Source: Burkholderiales bacterium (lineage in GTDB: Bacteria; Pseudomonadota; Gammaproteobacteria; Burkholderiales; SG8-41). Taken from it: 64,000 nt of DNA. This document shows positions 1 to 9,591 of the stretch, in pieces; within the stretch, counting starts at the first letter, position 1, and each line of letters starts with the position of its first letter. The DNA lies in the NCBI GenBank assembly GCA_030683105.1, contig JAUXMZ010000008.1, positions 4,268 through 68,267 of the forward strand, written 5' to 3'. Made by a program: the position numbers and the translations under genes. The notes under the pieces were generated by a model. It was not told the DNA's origin and did not search any database. It worked only from the letters and a program-made list of their open reading frames with translations.

Positions 1-1199
1 AGGTAATACGCGGACATCGCCATCGGCGGCGTCAGAAACGAGGTCTGCAGATTGAGCGCGACCAGGATCCCGAAGAACAGCGGATCGATGTTGAAGTGCG
101 GCAGCAGCGGCAGGAAGATCGGCACGAAAATGATGATTATCTCGCTCCATTCCAGCGGCCAGCCCAGCAGAAAAATGATGACCTGGGCCATCAGCAGAAA
201 GCCCAGCGGCGACAGATCGAAGCTGAGCACGAAATCCTTGATCAGCCCTTCGCCGCCAAGATAGGAAAACACCGAGGAGAAGGTCCACGCGCCGACGAAC
301 AGCCAGCACACCATGGCCGTGGTGCGGGCAGTGAGAAACACCGCTTCCTTGAGCCGCATCCAGGTCAGTGCGCGATAACCCGCTGCCAGCAACATCGCGC
401 CGGACGCCCCCACCGCGGCGGCCTCGTTGGGCGTGGCGAGCCCAAACAGAATGGAACCGAGCACCGACATGATCAGGACGGCGAGCGGGAAAAACGAGGT
501 GGACAGCATTTTCACCACGGCCATGAACGGAATTTCGGTCTGGCTCTTCGGCAGCTTGGGGGCAAGTTTGGGATTGATCACCACCCGCGTGATCACGTAG
601 ACCATGTAGAGGCCGGCCAGCAGGAAGCCGGGAATCAGCGCGGCGGCATACAGTTTCACCACTGATACCGCTGCCGTGGCTCCGTATACGATCAGCATGA
701 TGGACGGCGGGATCAGGATGCCGAGCGTGCCACCGGCGCAGATCACGCCCGCCGACAATTTTTCGTCGTAGCCCGCCTTGAGCATCGCCGGAAACGCCAG
801 CAGCCCCATCAATGTCACTACGGCGCCGACAATGCCCGTGGCCGTGGCAAACATCGCGCAAGTCGCGAGCGCCGCCACTGCCATCGATCCCGGCACGTGG
901 CGGGCCGCCACCTGCAGGCTGTGAAACAGTTTGTCCAGGATATTCGAGCGCTCGATGACGTAGCCCATGAACAGGAACAGCGGTACCGCAATGAGCACGT
1001 CGTTGTTCATCACGCTGAATGTGTTCTGCGTCAGCAGGTAAAATACGCGGCTGTCGAAAAAATCCTGGCCGGGCTGGTAATAGGCGTAGAACCCGAAGCC
1101 CACGCCCATCGCGATCAGCGTGAAAGCAATGGGGAAACCCAGCATGATGATGAATATGAACGCGCCCAGCATGAACAGGGCGACTTCAGGGTTGCTCAT
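1..1199 (-). CDS. TRAP transporter large permease subunit (DctM family), partial; 3' end leaves the window
   Basis: Absent from the ORF track because it runs off the window. Manual translation from ATG 1199-1197 gives MSNPEVALFMLGAFIFIIMLGFPIAFTLIAMGVGFGFYAYY..., a hydrophobic DctM-like N-terminus. The start overlaps the DctQ stop (TAATG). Confidence 0.8.
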   Translation of the reverse strand, partial: MSNPEVALFMLGAFIFIIMLGFPIAFTLIAMGVGFGFYAYYQPGQDFFDSRVFYLLTQNTFSVMNNDVLIAVPLFLFMGYVIERSNILDKLFHSLQVAARHVPGSMAVAALATCAMFATATGIVGAVVTLMGLLAFPAMLKAGYDEKLSAGVICAGGTLGILIPPSIMLIVYGATAAVSVVKLYAAALIPGFLLAGLYMVYVITRVVINPKLAPKLPKSQTEIPFMAVVKMLSTSFFPLAVLIMSVLGSILFGLATPNEAAAVGASGAMLLAAGYRALTWMRLKEAVFLTARTTAMVCWLFVGAWTFSSVFSYLGGEGLIKDFVLSFDLSPLGFLLMAQVIIFLLGWPLEWSEIIIIFVPIFLPLLPHFNIDPLFFGILVALNLQTSFLTPPMAMSAYY

Positions 1200-1807
1200 T
1201 ACGCCTTTCCTTTAGCAGCTTGGTCATGTGTGCCGGCACCGCCGCCCGCTTTCTGCAGGAGCAGTATGGATTCCAGTTCCTCGACGTCGTGCAACTGCCT
1301 CGGCCAGCGCCCGATCTTCAGGCAAAGAATGCAGCGGATCACCTGCGCCACCCCCTGTATCCAGAGCAGGATTGCCGCTATCGGTATCATCGCCTTGAGC
1401 TGATAGATGGGAACGCCAATCGGACTGTTGACGCTCACTTCAAGGACGCGAAGCGAATCGGCCGCGTAGCCGTATCCGGCAATCACCAGCGCTGTGACGC
1501 CCGGGAAGAAAAAGATGAAATACAGCACGAGTTCCACGCCCGCCTGCCAACGGGCCGGCCACAGCCGGTAGAACACGTCGCCGCGCACATGCGCGTTGCG
1601 CGACAGCGCGTAGGCTCCCGACATGATGAACAATCCGCCATACAGGATGTAGCTCAGGTCGAATGCCCAGCTGGTAGGATTATTCAGGGCGTAACGCACG
1701 AATACCTCGTACGTGGTGCCAAAGGTGAGAATGATGATGAGCCATCCAAATGCATGGCCCACCGACTTGCTCAACTGATCGATGCCGAGAAGAATTCGAT
1801 TAAGCAT
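1199..1807 (-). CDS. TRAP transporter small permease subunit (DctQ family)
   Basis: 202-aa ORF with four hydrophobic segments, located between the DctP-like and DctM-like genes. Confidence 0.85.
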   Translation of the reverse strand: MLNRILLGIDQLSKSVGHAFGWLIIILTFGTTYEVFVRYALNNPTSWAFDLSYILYGGLFIMSGAYALSRNAHVRGDVFYRLWPARWQAGVELVLYFIFFFPGVTALVIAGYGYAADSLRVLEVSVNSPIGVPIYQLKAMIPIAAILLWIQGVAQVIRCILCLKIGRWPRQLHDVEELESILLLQKAGGGAGTHDQAAKGKA

Positions 1808-1833
1808 TAGGTTATGTCCGAATGGACAACGAT

Positions 1834-1867
1834 CAAAAAATGGGGCGGCGCATCACTGCACCGCCCC
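1834..1867 (-). terminator. Intrinsic terminator/attenuator hairpin between the binding-protein and permease genes
   Basis: On the minus strand: GGGGCGG, a 12-nt loop, CCGCCCC (1842-1848 pairs with 1861-1867), followed by ATTTTTT (1835-1840). Confidence 0.55.
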
Positions 1868-1900
1868 CTCAGATTATAACCGTCACTGCCTCTGTCGCGG

Positions 1901-3106
1901 TTAGAAGCCGAGCTTGCCGAAAATGTGCTCGTAGCCCCGCTTGTAATCCGCCTCGTTGAAATAGTGATAGTAACCGACCCGCTTCGCCCACGCGTGCTGC
2001 GAGGCGACCACCTTCTTGAAGAACGGGTCTTCGTCGCTCAATTTCTTGGTGATGACGTCCCAGGCCTTGATCTGGGCGTCGAAGATCGACTGAGGCGTGC
2101 GGATCACGTTGACCTTGTGCTTGGTTTTCAGTTCCTGCAGGTCACGCGAGTAGTTGTCCATGCCGGTCCACATGTTGGAGGAGTTGGCCGCCTCGGCGCC
2201 ATAGCGCAGAATCGCCTTCAGATCGGCCGGCAGCGACTCGTACTTCTTCTTGTTGAACAGAATCTCGAAGAACTCCATCGCCTGGTGGTAGCTGCCCATC
2301 ATGTAGTTCTTGGCGACGTCCTGCGCACCGAAGCGCATGTCGGAAGTCGGGTTGTTGAACTCAAAGGCCTCGATCACTCCGCGTTCCATCGCCGGAACGA
2401 TTTCGCCGCCGGGCAATTGCGTCACCTTGACGCCCATCGCCTGCATCAGGTCGGCGGCCAGCCCCACGGTGCGGTATTTGAGGCCATTCAAATCCGCTGC
2501 CGATTTGACCGGCTTCTTGAACCAGCCGAGCGGCTGGGTCGGCATCGGCATCGCAAAAAAGCCCACCACGTCCAGCCCCAAGTTCTGCAGCAGTTCCTGA
2601 TACAGTGCGAGGCCGCCGCCGCGATAAATCCACCCCAGGTTCTGGTCGGCGTTATTGCCGTTGATGGGGCCGGAGCCGAACAGGGAAGCGACCTTGCTCT
2701 TGCCGTACCAGTAGACCGTCACCTGGTGCCCGGCGTCGAGCACACCCTTGTGAACGGCATCCATCACCTCGAAAGGCTTCACCACCGAGCCCGCGACGAG
2801 GTAGTCAATTCTCATGCGCCCGCCGGCCATCTCGTTGACGCGATTGACGTATTCCTCCGCCATTTCGTTGAAGATGTCCTTCGCGCCCCAGGCGCCCTGC
2901 ATTTTCAAAACCACAACCGAAGGTTTCACAACGACTGCGGGTGCGGCGGGGGCCGGTGCGGCAGCTTTGGGCGCAGGTTCTTCCTTCTTTCCACATGCTG
3001 CCAGTGCCACAGCAGAAGCAGTTGCTGCCGCACCTAACAGGAACTTGCGGCGGAACGTGCTGGGTTTCACTTCAGGGGATTGATCTTCGAGCAGTTTCTT
3101 GATCAT
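1901..3106 (-). CDS. TRAP transporter substrate-binding protein (DctP-like) with Tat-like signal and lipobox
   Basis: 401-aa ORF. N-terminus carries TFRRKFLLGAAATASAVALAAC (RR motif plus LAAC lipobox), then a Pro/Ala-rich linker, then a DctP-like body. Adjacent to the DctQ/M genes. Confidence 0.85.
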   Translation of the reverse strand: MIKKLLEDQSPEVKPSTFRRKFLLGAAATASAVALAACGKKEEPAPKAAAPAPAAPAVVVKPSVVVLKMQGAWGAKDIFNEMAEEYVNRVNEMAGGRMRIDYLVAGSVVKPFEVMDAVHKGVLDAGHQVTVYWYGKSKVASLFGSGPINGNNADQNLGWIYRGGGLALYQELLQNLGLDVVGFFAMPMPTQPLGWFKKPVKSAADLNGLKYRTVGLAADLMQAMGVKVTQLPGGEIVPAMERGVIEAFEFNNPTSDMRFGAQDVAKNYMMGSYHQAMEFFEILFNKKKYESLPADLKAILRYGAEAANSSNMWTGMDNYSRDLQELKTKHKVNVIRTPQSIFDAQIKAWDVITKKLSDEDPFFKKVVASQHAWAKRVGYYHYFNEADYKRGYEHIFGKLGF

Positions 3107-3172
3107 TATTGCCTCCTAAGACGTGGTTGCTGAAAACCTAGTGTTACTTCCTCATGATACTTATATTTGCAC

Positions 3173-3187
3173 AGCAAAGCATTTGCC
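3173..3187 (-). promoter_or_regulatory. Candidate sigma-54 (-24/-12) promoter for the TRAP operon
   Basis: The reverse complement reads GGCAAATGCTTTGCT. GG and GC have the spacing of the TGGCACG-N4-TTGCW consensus. It lies about 65 nt upstream of the DctP-like start. Confidence 0.3.
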
Positions 3188-3383
3188 TTTAACACTGCGG
3201 AGGGGCGTATTTCAGGATGTGCAATGCTCTTCTGCTAATTGGTAATCCTATACCTGAGTATCCGCAAAATCAAGCTTGTAAGCACTCCGCAGCCTTTTGA
3301 TCATTCTAGCGCCGAAGCCTTACGAAAAACTGACTGGCGTGGTCGGGATTAAATCCGATGCCCCACGCTTATCACACGTTCTG

Positions 3384-5063
3384 CTATAGATAGTAGAGCA
3401 GCAGGTATCCGAGGAGTAAAACCATAGCCCAGAGCGCCATGCGGCCCGTAGGCCATGAACTTCCCGCGCCCATTGCGCTGGATTGCCGGAGCAGCCCCAT
3501 TCCCCACTGTTCCATCCGCTTGCGCGCCGCGACTTCAAAATCACGGCCTGCCCGGGAAATACCGGCAACAGACTCACGCGCAAGCCCCCTGAACAACACC
3601 CGATACAACCAATCGACATCGAGCGTCAAAGTGAGCGTGCGGCGCAAATAGTTCAGCATCACGAAAAACGCCAGCCCGGAAAACAACAGCAGCTGAAGCT
3701 GGGTGACCACGTGCGCCCCGGTGTACGGCTCGTAGTGCACCGCGTATGGCAGCAACGCATAAAGCGGTCCGGGGAACACGCCCAGCCCGATGCACAACGC
3801 CGCAAACAGGATCATCGCCCACTGCATGTTGCGCGGCGGATCCGGAGGCCGTAATCCCGAGTCCTTCTGGAAGAAAACGAACCACGGAAACTTGATGCCG
3901 GCATGCAGGAACACGCCCGCCGAGGCAGCAGCCAGCATCAGCCATACGTAAAACAGGTGCTCATCGGCCGCCGACTGCGAGATCATGGACTTGCTGATGA
4001 AGCCGGAGGTCAGCGGAAACGACGAGATGGCGAGCGCGCCGACGATGCCGCATATCGCGGTGACCGGCATGCTCTGGAACAGTCCGCCCAGATCGGTGCA
4101 CTTGCGCTTCCCGACCATAAACAGCACCGATCCCGCCGACATCAGCAGCAAGGCCTTGTAAATGATATGAGTGAAGGCATGTGCGGCGGTGCCATTTAGC
4201 GCCATTTCTGTGCCGATGCCTATGCCCGTCACCATGAATCCGACCTGGTTGACGATGCTGTAGGCCAGAATCCGGCGCATGTCGTTCTCGAGCAACGCGT
4301 AGACGATGCCATAGAACACCATGAACAACCCGATATAAATCAGCAGCTCGGTCCCCGGGAACCCGCGCAGCAGCACATAGACCGCGGTCTTGGTGGTGAA
4401 CGCCGACAGGAATACCGTGCCGCTCCACGATGCTTCGGGATAAGCATCGGGCAGCCACGCCGACAACGGCGGAGCTCCGGCATTGATCAGGAATCCTGCC
4501 AGGATCAGCCAGTGTGCAGGCGAATCGAGCGTCATGCGCGTGAATTCGATCGTTCCGAACTCGGCAACATGGCCGGCGATCCCCGCCATCAGAATCACGC
4601 CTCCGAGCAAATGTATCATCAGATAGCGCAGGCTGGCGCGGTAAGCGCTGCCCCCCGCGCTCCAGATCACTAGCGTGGAGCCGATCGCCATCAACTCCCA
4701 GAAAACGAACACTGTAATCAGGTCGCCGGCCAGCGTGACGCCGATCGCCGCGCCGGCATAGAGCAGGGCCGCCGGCAGTTCCAGCGGGCTTTTCTGGTTG
4801 AGGGCAAACAGCGCGCCGCCGAACGCCATCATTGCGAAAATGGTGGCGAACAGCCGCGACAGCCTGTCACCAACGATCAGCGTCAGCTGGTAATCGAGAA
4901 AGGGGACGCTCCAGGCTACGCCGTCAGGCACCTGCCACACCAGATACAGCACCAGCACGGGCACGCCAAGACTGACCGTGGAGCGCGCCATGCCGCGCAA
5001 CGCCAGCAGCAGCAGCGCGCCTGCGATCAGCACCAGCCCGGGATGCATTACGAGGCTAGTCAT
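3384..5063 (-). CDS. MrpD/NuoL-M-N family antiporter-like subunit with a C-terminal extension (Mrp-like locus 1)
   Basis: 559 aa, multi-TM. Family motifs WLPDAYPEA and HAFTHIIYKALLLM. An extra ~65-aa tail (DVDWLYRVLFRGL...) ends in one more TM helix. 8-nt overlap with the 84-aa ORF. Confidence 0.9.
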   Translation of the reverse strand: MTSLVMHPGLVLIAGALLLLALRGMARSTVSLGVPVLVLYLVWQVPDGVAWSVPFLDYQLTLIVGDRLSRLFATIFAMMAFGGALFALNQKSPLELPAALLYAGAAIGVTLAGDLITVFVFWELMAIGSTLVIWSAGGSAYRASLRYLMIHLLGGVILMAGIAGHVAEFGTIEFTRMTLDSPAHWLILAGFLINAGAPPLSAWLPDAYPEASWSGTVFLSAFTTKTAVYVLLRGFPGTELLIYIGLFMVFYGIVYALLENDMRRILAYSIVNQVGFMVTGIGIGTEMALNGTAAHAFTHIIYKALLLMSAGSVLFMVGKRKCTDLGGLFQSMPVTAICGIVGALAISSFPLTSGFISKSMISQSAADEHLFYVWLMLAAASAGVFLHAGIKFPWFVFFQKDSGLRPPDPPRNMQWAMILFAALCIGLGVFPGPLYALLPYAVHYEPYTGAHVVTQLQLLLFSGLAFFVMLNYLRRTLTLTLDVDWLYRVLFRGLARESVAGISRAGRDFEVAARKRMEQWGMGLLRQSSAMGAGSSWPTGRMALWAMVLLLGYLLLYYL

Positions 5064-5310
5064 CGCGTTCCTCGTAATAGGTATCGGGCCGCTTGAGCAC
5101 CAGGCCGATCAGTTTGGCAGTCAAGATCATAGCCGCGCACGCCGCAAAACCGTACCAGGCATTGAAACCGAAAGTGCCGTCTATGCCAAAGTGCGCTTCA
5201 TGCTCGATGAAAAACTCGGCGGCGACGGTCGCAGCGAGCACGATGATAAAAAGCCACCACAGCTTCTTGATCGTCTCGGGGCGTGTGAGCCAGTGCTGCT
5301 GCATGATCAA
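5056..5310 (-). CDS. Small two-TM membrane protein embedded in Mrp-like locus 1
   Basis: 84-aa ORF with two hydrophobic helices and an acidic tail. ATGA overlap with the upstream D-like gene and 8-nt overlap with the downstream one. No family recognised. Confidence 0.6.
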   Translation of the reverse strand: MIMQQHWLTRPETIKKLWWLFIIVLAATVAAEFFIEHEAHFGIDGTFGFNAWYGFAACAAMILTAKLIGLVLKRPDTYYEERDD

Positions 5311-6773
5311 ACTCCCGCCAGCTGGCGCGCCAGCTCCAGCGGGACTTCAGGGAAGAAAAACAGGGCGACGGTGCCCAGCGCGGTCAAGGTAAGCGCCGCC
5401 ACCATGGGCCAGGGGGCTTCACCATGCGCGTGATGGCCATGGCCGTCGGCCGGCGGGGCCACGAAGAAGGCACGATAGATGATAGGCAGAAAATACCCGG
5501 CATTTAGCAGGGTGCTGGCAATGATAACAAACACCGCATTCCATTGTTCGGTCCCCATCGCGCCCTGCAGTATGTACCATTTGCTGATGAACCCGGCAGC
5601 AGGCGGCAGCCCGATCATCGACAGCGCGCCGACGGCAAACGCACCCATCGTCCACGGCATGCGCCGGCCGATGCCGGCAAGCTGGCTGACCTCGGTCTTG
5701 TGCGCGGCGGTGTAAATCGCGCCGGCCGCGAAAAACAGCGTGATTTTGCCCAAAGCGTGGGCCGCAATGTGCAATGCCGCGCCAACTATCGACAATGGGG
5801 TGAGCAACGCCGCCGCCAGCACCACATACGACAGTTGGCTGACTGTCGAATAAGCCAGCCGGCGCTTCAGATTGTCCGAACGCAGGGCGACAATGGAAGC
5901 GGCAATGATGGTAAAACCGGAAATGAACGGCAGCCAGTCGACGCTCCGCAATCCGGAGATTTCTTCGACGCCGAAGACGTAGACCACAATTTTCACCACC
6001 GAAAACACCCCGGCCTTGACCACCGCCACCGCGTGCAGCAGGGCGGAGACCGGTGTCGGCGCCACCATCGCCGCCGGCAGCCAGCGGTGAAACGGCATGA
6101 CCGCCGCTTTGCCGATGCCGAATATGAATAACGCCAGCAATACGCCGAGCATGGCATTGCTAGCCCTGCCCTTGAGTATGCCGCCTACGGCGAATTCCAG
6201 GGTTCCCGCAAGCTGCCAGGTCCAGACGATGCCCACCAGCAAAAACACGGTGGATGTGCCGATCAGCATTCCGAGGTAGATGCGCCCTGATCGCCTGGCA
6301 TCCTCGGTCCCGGCGTGCGTCACCAGCGGGTAAGTGATCAGCGTCAGCGCCTCGTAGAACAAGAACAGCGTCAGCAGATTGCCGGCGAACGCGATGCCGA
6401 CCGCACTGGCCAGCGCGCCGGCGAAACAGACATAGAAGCGCGTCTGATGCTTCTCGTTGTTGGCGCGCATGTAACCGATCGAGTACAGGGAATTGACGAT
6501 CCACAATCCCGACGCAATCAGGCCGAACAGCATGCCGAGCGGTTCTACTTTGAATTTCAGGGCGAGGCCCGGCATCATTTCCAGCAGCGTCACCTCCGGT
6601 CGCTCTCCGGCGAGCACCAGCGGGGTGAGCGACGCCGCCAGCAGGAACAAGATTCCCGCCGTGACCAGCGTGATGGTTTCGCGCACGTTGGGCGCGCGAT
6701 GCGCGGCGGCGATCAGCGCCGCCCCGATCAGGGGGACAGCCAGCGCGAGCAGGATGGTCGCGGCCGGCGTCAT
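5307..6773 (-). CDS. MrpD-like antiporter subunit (locus 1, second copy)
   Basis: Motifs HRWLPAAMVAPTPVSALLHAVAVVKAG and HIAAHALGKITLFF. The ORF-track start at 6854 is rejected in favour of MTPAATILLALAV at 6773, which forms an ATGA overlap with the upstream stop. Confidence 0.9.
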   Translation of the reverse strand: MTPAATILLALAVPLIGAALIAAAHRAPNVRETITLVTAGILFLLAASLTPLVLAGERPEVTLLEMMPGLALKFKVEPLGMLFGLIASGLWIVNSLYSIGYMRANNEKHQTRFYVCFAGALASAVGIAFAGNLLTLFLFYEALTLITYPLVTHAGTEDARRSGRIYLGMLIGTSTVFLLVGIVWTWQLAGTLEFAVGGILKGRASNAMLGVLLALFIFGIGKAAVMPFHRWLPAAMVAPTPVSALLHAVAVVKAGVFSVVKIVVYVFGVEEISGLRSVDWLPFISGFTIIAASIVALRSDNLKRRLAYSTVSQLSYVVLAAALLTPLSIVGAALHIAAHALGKITLFFAAGAIYTAAHKTEVSQLAGIGRRMPWTMGAFAVGALSMIGLPPAAGFISKWYILQGAMGTEQWNAVFVIIASTLLNAGYFLPIIYRAFFVAPPADGHGHHAHGEAPWPMVAALTLTALGTVALFFFPEVPLELARQLAGV

Positions 6774-8251
6774 CGAATGCCCTGCAGCAGCGTTTGCGCA
6801 GCCCGTGCCGCCCCGTCTACCGTGAGCGTGGTATCGAGCCCGAAATAAAAGCACGCCGCGATCATCAGCAACGCCGGAACCAGCATTTCAAGCGGCGCCT
6901 CTTTCAGTTGCGCGGTTTTTGCATCCGGCTCGCGGAAATACGCGGCCTCGACGAAACGCCAGACGTAGACCACCGCCAGCAGCGAACTGAGCATGATCGC
7001 GAGCGCAATCCACCACTGGCCGCTCTCCAGCGCTGCGAGCACTAGATACCACTTGCTGATGAAACCTGCGGTCCCCGGCGCGCCGATCAGGCTTAAGCCC
7101 CCGAGCACGATACCGAAGGAGGTGAATGGCATCACGCGCGCGATGCCGCCGATGTTGTCGAACCGGATGCGTCCCAGGCGCAGGGCGAAGCAGCCCAGCA
7201 ACATGAACAGCGCGCCCTTGGTCAGCGCATGATTGAACAGATGGACGATGCCCCCGGTCAGACCAGTTACGGAATCGAAGCTGATCCCCAGCGTGATGTA
7301 GCCGATCTGTGCCACGCTCGAATAGGCAAACAGCCGTTTCAGGTCGCTCTGGATGATGGCGATGGCGGATGCGATGAACATCGCGGCAAGCGACAGCAGG
7401 AGCAGGATCTGGCCCATTGGCAGCGCATAAAATATCGCGCTTTCACCGTATATCGAATAGTAGAAGCGCAGCAGCACATAGACCGATACCTTGGTGGCGG
7501 TTGCCGCCAAAAACGCGGTGACGGCGGACGGCGCATAGGCATAGGCGTTGGGCAGCCACAGGTGCAGCGGAAACAGCGCAAGCTTGAGGCAGATGCCGAC
7601 GGTGATGAATGCCAGCGCCGCCAGCACCGCCCGCACTTCGGTCACGCCGGCCAGGCGTTGCGCCATATCAGCCATGTTAAGCGTGCCCGTCATCAGGTAC
7701 AGCAGCCCTACGCCGATTATGTAAAAAGTCGCGCCGATGGTGCCCATGATCAGATACTGATACGAGGCCATCAACGCCCGCCGGTCGCGCCCCAGCGCGA
7801 TCAGCGCATAGGACGACAGCGAGGAGATTTCGAGGAAGACGAACAAATTGAAGGCATCGCCGGTGGCGGCGATGCCGAGCAACCCTGCGAGGCACAGTGC
7901 AAACAGGCTGTAGAACAGGTAGTGCTGGTGGGCCGGCAACTCGGCCGCCACGCTGGCGCGGCTGTAAATCACCACCACCGCGGCAATCAGCGATACCAGA
8001 ACCAGCACAAAAGCGTTGACGCGGTCGATGCGGTACTCGATGCCCCACGGCGGCGGCCAGCTGCCGATGGCATAAGAAATCACGCTGCCGTCGGCGACCT
8101 GGGCCAGCAATGAGAGCGAAATAAAGAGTCCGGTCCAGCTTACGATCACCGCCAGCAGCCAGGCGGGAGCGCCGCGCCGCAGCAGCACCATGAGGGGCGC
8201 AGCCATCAGCGGCAGTACTACCTGCAGTATGGGAAAATGCTGCGCGATCAC
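6770..8251 (-). CDS. MrpD-like antiporter subunit (locus 1, first copy)
   Basis: 493 aa. Motifs HLWLPNAYAYAPSAVTAFLAATATK and HLFNHALTKGALFM. 4-nt overlap with the MnhC-like gene. Confidence 0.9.
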   Translation of the reverse strand: MIAQHFPILQVVLPLMAAPLMVLLRRGAPAWLLAVIVSWTGLFISLSLLAQVADGSVISYAIGSWPPPWGIEYRIDRVNAFVLVLVSLIAAVVVIYSRASVAAELPAHQHYLFYSLFALCLAGLLGIAATGDAFNLFVFLEISSLSSYALIALGRDRRALMASYQYLIMGTIGATFYIIGVGLLYLMTGTLNMADMAQRLAGVTEVRAVLAALAFITVGICLKLALFPLHLWLPNAYAYAPSAVTAFLAATATKVSVYVLLRFYYSIYGESAIFYALPMGQILLLLSLAAMFIASAIAIIQSDLKRLFAYSSVAQIGYITLGISFDSVTGLTGGIVHLFNHALTKGALFMLLGCFALRLGRIRFDNIGGIARVMPFTSFGIVLGGLSLIGAPGTAGFISKWYLVLAALESGQWWIALAIMLSSLLAVVYVWRFVEAAYFREPDAKTAQLKEAPLEMLVPALLMIAACFYFGLDTTLTVDGAARAAQTLLQGIR

Positions 8252-8634
8252 GCCGGTTTGCTTGTCGCTGTGTTTGGGAAAACGGGCGTTTTATCCAAAT
8301 CGAGGATCTCGTCCTCCTCGATGCTGCCGTAGGCTTCGCGGATGCGCACGACCAGCGCCAGGCCCAGCGCGAGCGTCGCCACCCCCACCACGATCGCGGT
8401 CAGGATAAGCACGTGCGGCAGCGGATTGGAATAGAGCCCGTACTGCTCGGCGATGATCGGCGCAGTGCCGCCGATCAGCTTGCCGGGAACGATGTACAGC
8501 AGATAGACCGAAGTCTGGAAAATGCCGAGTCCGACCAGCTTTTTGATGAGGTTGCCGCGCGCGATGACAATGTAAAGGCCTGCAATCGCGAGAAAAATCG
8601 TGATCCAGTAGCTGAAATGGCCGGCAATAGTCAT
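8248..8634 (-). CDS. MrpC/MnhC (NuoK-like) subunit, locus 1
   Basis: 128-aa three-TM protein in the position between the B and D subunits. 4-nt overlaps on both sides. Confidence 0.85.
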   Translation of the reverse strand: MTIAGHFSYWITIFLAIAGLYIVIARGNLIKKLVGLGIFQTSVYLLYIVPGKLIGGTAPIIAEQYGLYSNPLPHVLILTAIVVGVATLALGLALVVRIREAYGSIEEDEILDLDKTPVFPNTATSKPA

Positions 8635-9062
8635 GCGTCTTCCACATCCTGGCCGCGGCTGGCGAACATGTAGAAAATTTTCAGCATGACCCCCGACACG
8701 GTGATGAACACGCCGGCCTCCACCCAGAAGATCCCGCGCTCCTCCCCGTGCACCGGATCGCGAGCGAGCACGAAATAGTCGAGGTAATTGCCTCCCAGCA
8801 ACAGGCCCGCCACCCCGACACCGGCATAGAGCAGCACGCCCGCCGCGATCATGGCCTCGGCCAACCGGTCTGGCACCACCGTGCGCGCGTCGGGCAAACC
8901 GAAAATGATGGCGTAAAAAATGATCGCCGCGGCCGCAATCACCCCAGCCTGGAAGCCGCCGCCCGGCCCGAAATCGCCATGGAACAGCACATAAATCGCA
9001 AATAAAATAATAAACGGAATCAACAACTTGAATATTACCCGCAAGACCAGATAGTCTTTCAC
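8631..9062 (-). CDS. MrpB/MnhB-like subunit (C-terminal part, MbhF-like), locus 1
   Basis: 143 aa containing GPGGGFQAGVIAAAA, typical of the MnhB domain. Confidence 0.8.
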   Translation of the reverse strand: MKDYLVLRVIFKLLIPFIILFAIYVLFHGDFGPGGGFQAGVIAAAAIIFYAIIFGLPDARTVVPDRLAEAMIAAGVLLYAGVGVAGLLLGGNYLDYFVLARDPVHGEERGIFWVEAGVFITVSGVMLKIFYMFASRGQDVEDA

Positions 9063-9574
9063 CGCAAGGCTCCTTTCTTGCGTCCGCGCAAACGCCGCAG
9101 CAGTGCGATCACGCCGATCCCGGCCGTGAACACCACTGTGGTTTCGCCGAGCGTGTCATAGCCCCGGTAACTCGCAAGTACCGCGGTGACGATGTTGGGC
9201 ACGCCGGTTTCGCGCAGTCCGTCGCGGATGTAACGCGGGGCCACATGTTGATGGATGGGCGCGGCGGGATCGGAGAATGCCGGCAGGCCCAGCGTGCCGT
9301 AAACCAGCACCGCACCGGTGGCGACGGCGACCAGCAGCGGCAGAAACGGCCTGTGCAGCGGTTTCGTTTCGACGCCTTTGCTCAGATGCAGGGCGCTCAG
9401 GAGCAGCACCGTGGAAATGCCAGCGCCCACTGCCGCCTCCGTCATCGCGACATCGACCGCGTCGAGCGCCACCAGCACCGTCGCCATCAGAAAGCTGTAG
9501 ATGCCGCCCAGGATGACGACCGCGAACAGATTGCGCTGGCCAGCGATCACGATGGCGACCGCGGCCATCATCAC
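9059..9574 (-). CDS. DUF4040 (MbhD-like) fused to the N-terminal MnhB segment (MbhE-like), locus 1
   Basis: 171 aa. N-terminal DAVDVAMTEAAVGAGIS block, then NIVTAVLASYRGYDTLGETTVVF, as in the MrpA C-terminus/MrpB N-terminus. Confidence 0.75.
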   Translation of the reverse strand: MMMAAVAIVIAGQRNLFAVVILGGIYSFLMATVLVALDAVDVAMTEAAVGAGISTVLLLSALHLSKGVETKPLHRPFLPLLVAVATGAVLVYGTLGLPAFSDPAAPIHQHVAPRYIRDGLRETGVPNIVTAVLASYRGYDTLGETTVVFTAGIGVIALLRRLRGRKKGALR

Positions 9575-9591
9575 CAGCAGCGCGCTAATGA

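Noticed and set aside
3336-3368. A possible terminator hairpin (GCGTGG...CCACGC followed by a distal T5 tract on the minus strand) downstream of Mrp-like locus 1.
   Set aside because: The stem is short and interrupted, and the T-tract lies 7 nt from it. The support is too weak to annotate.
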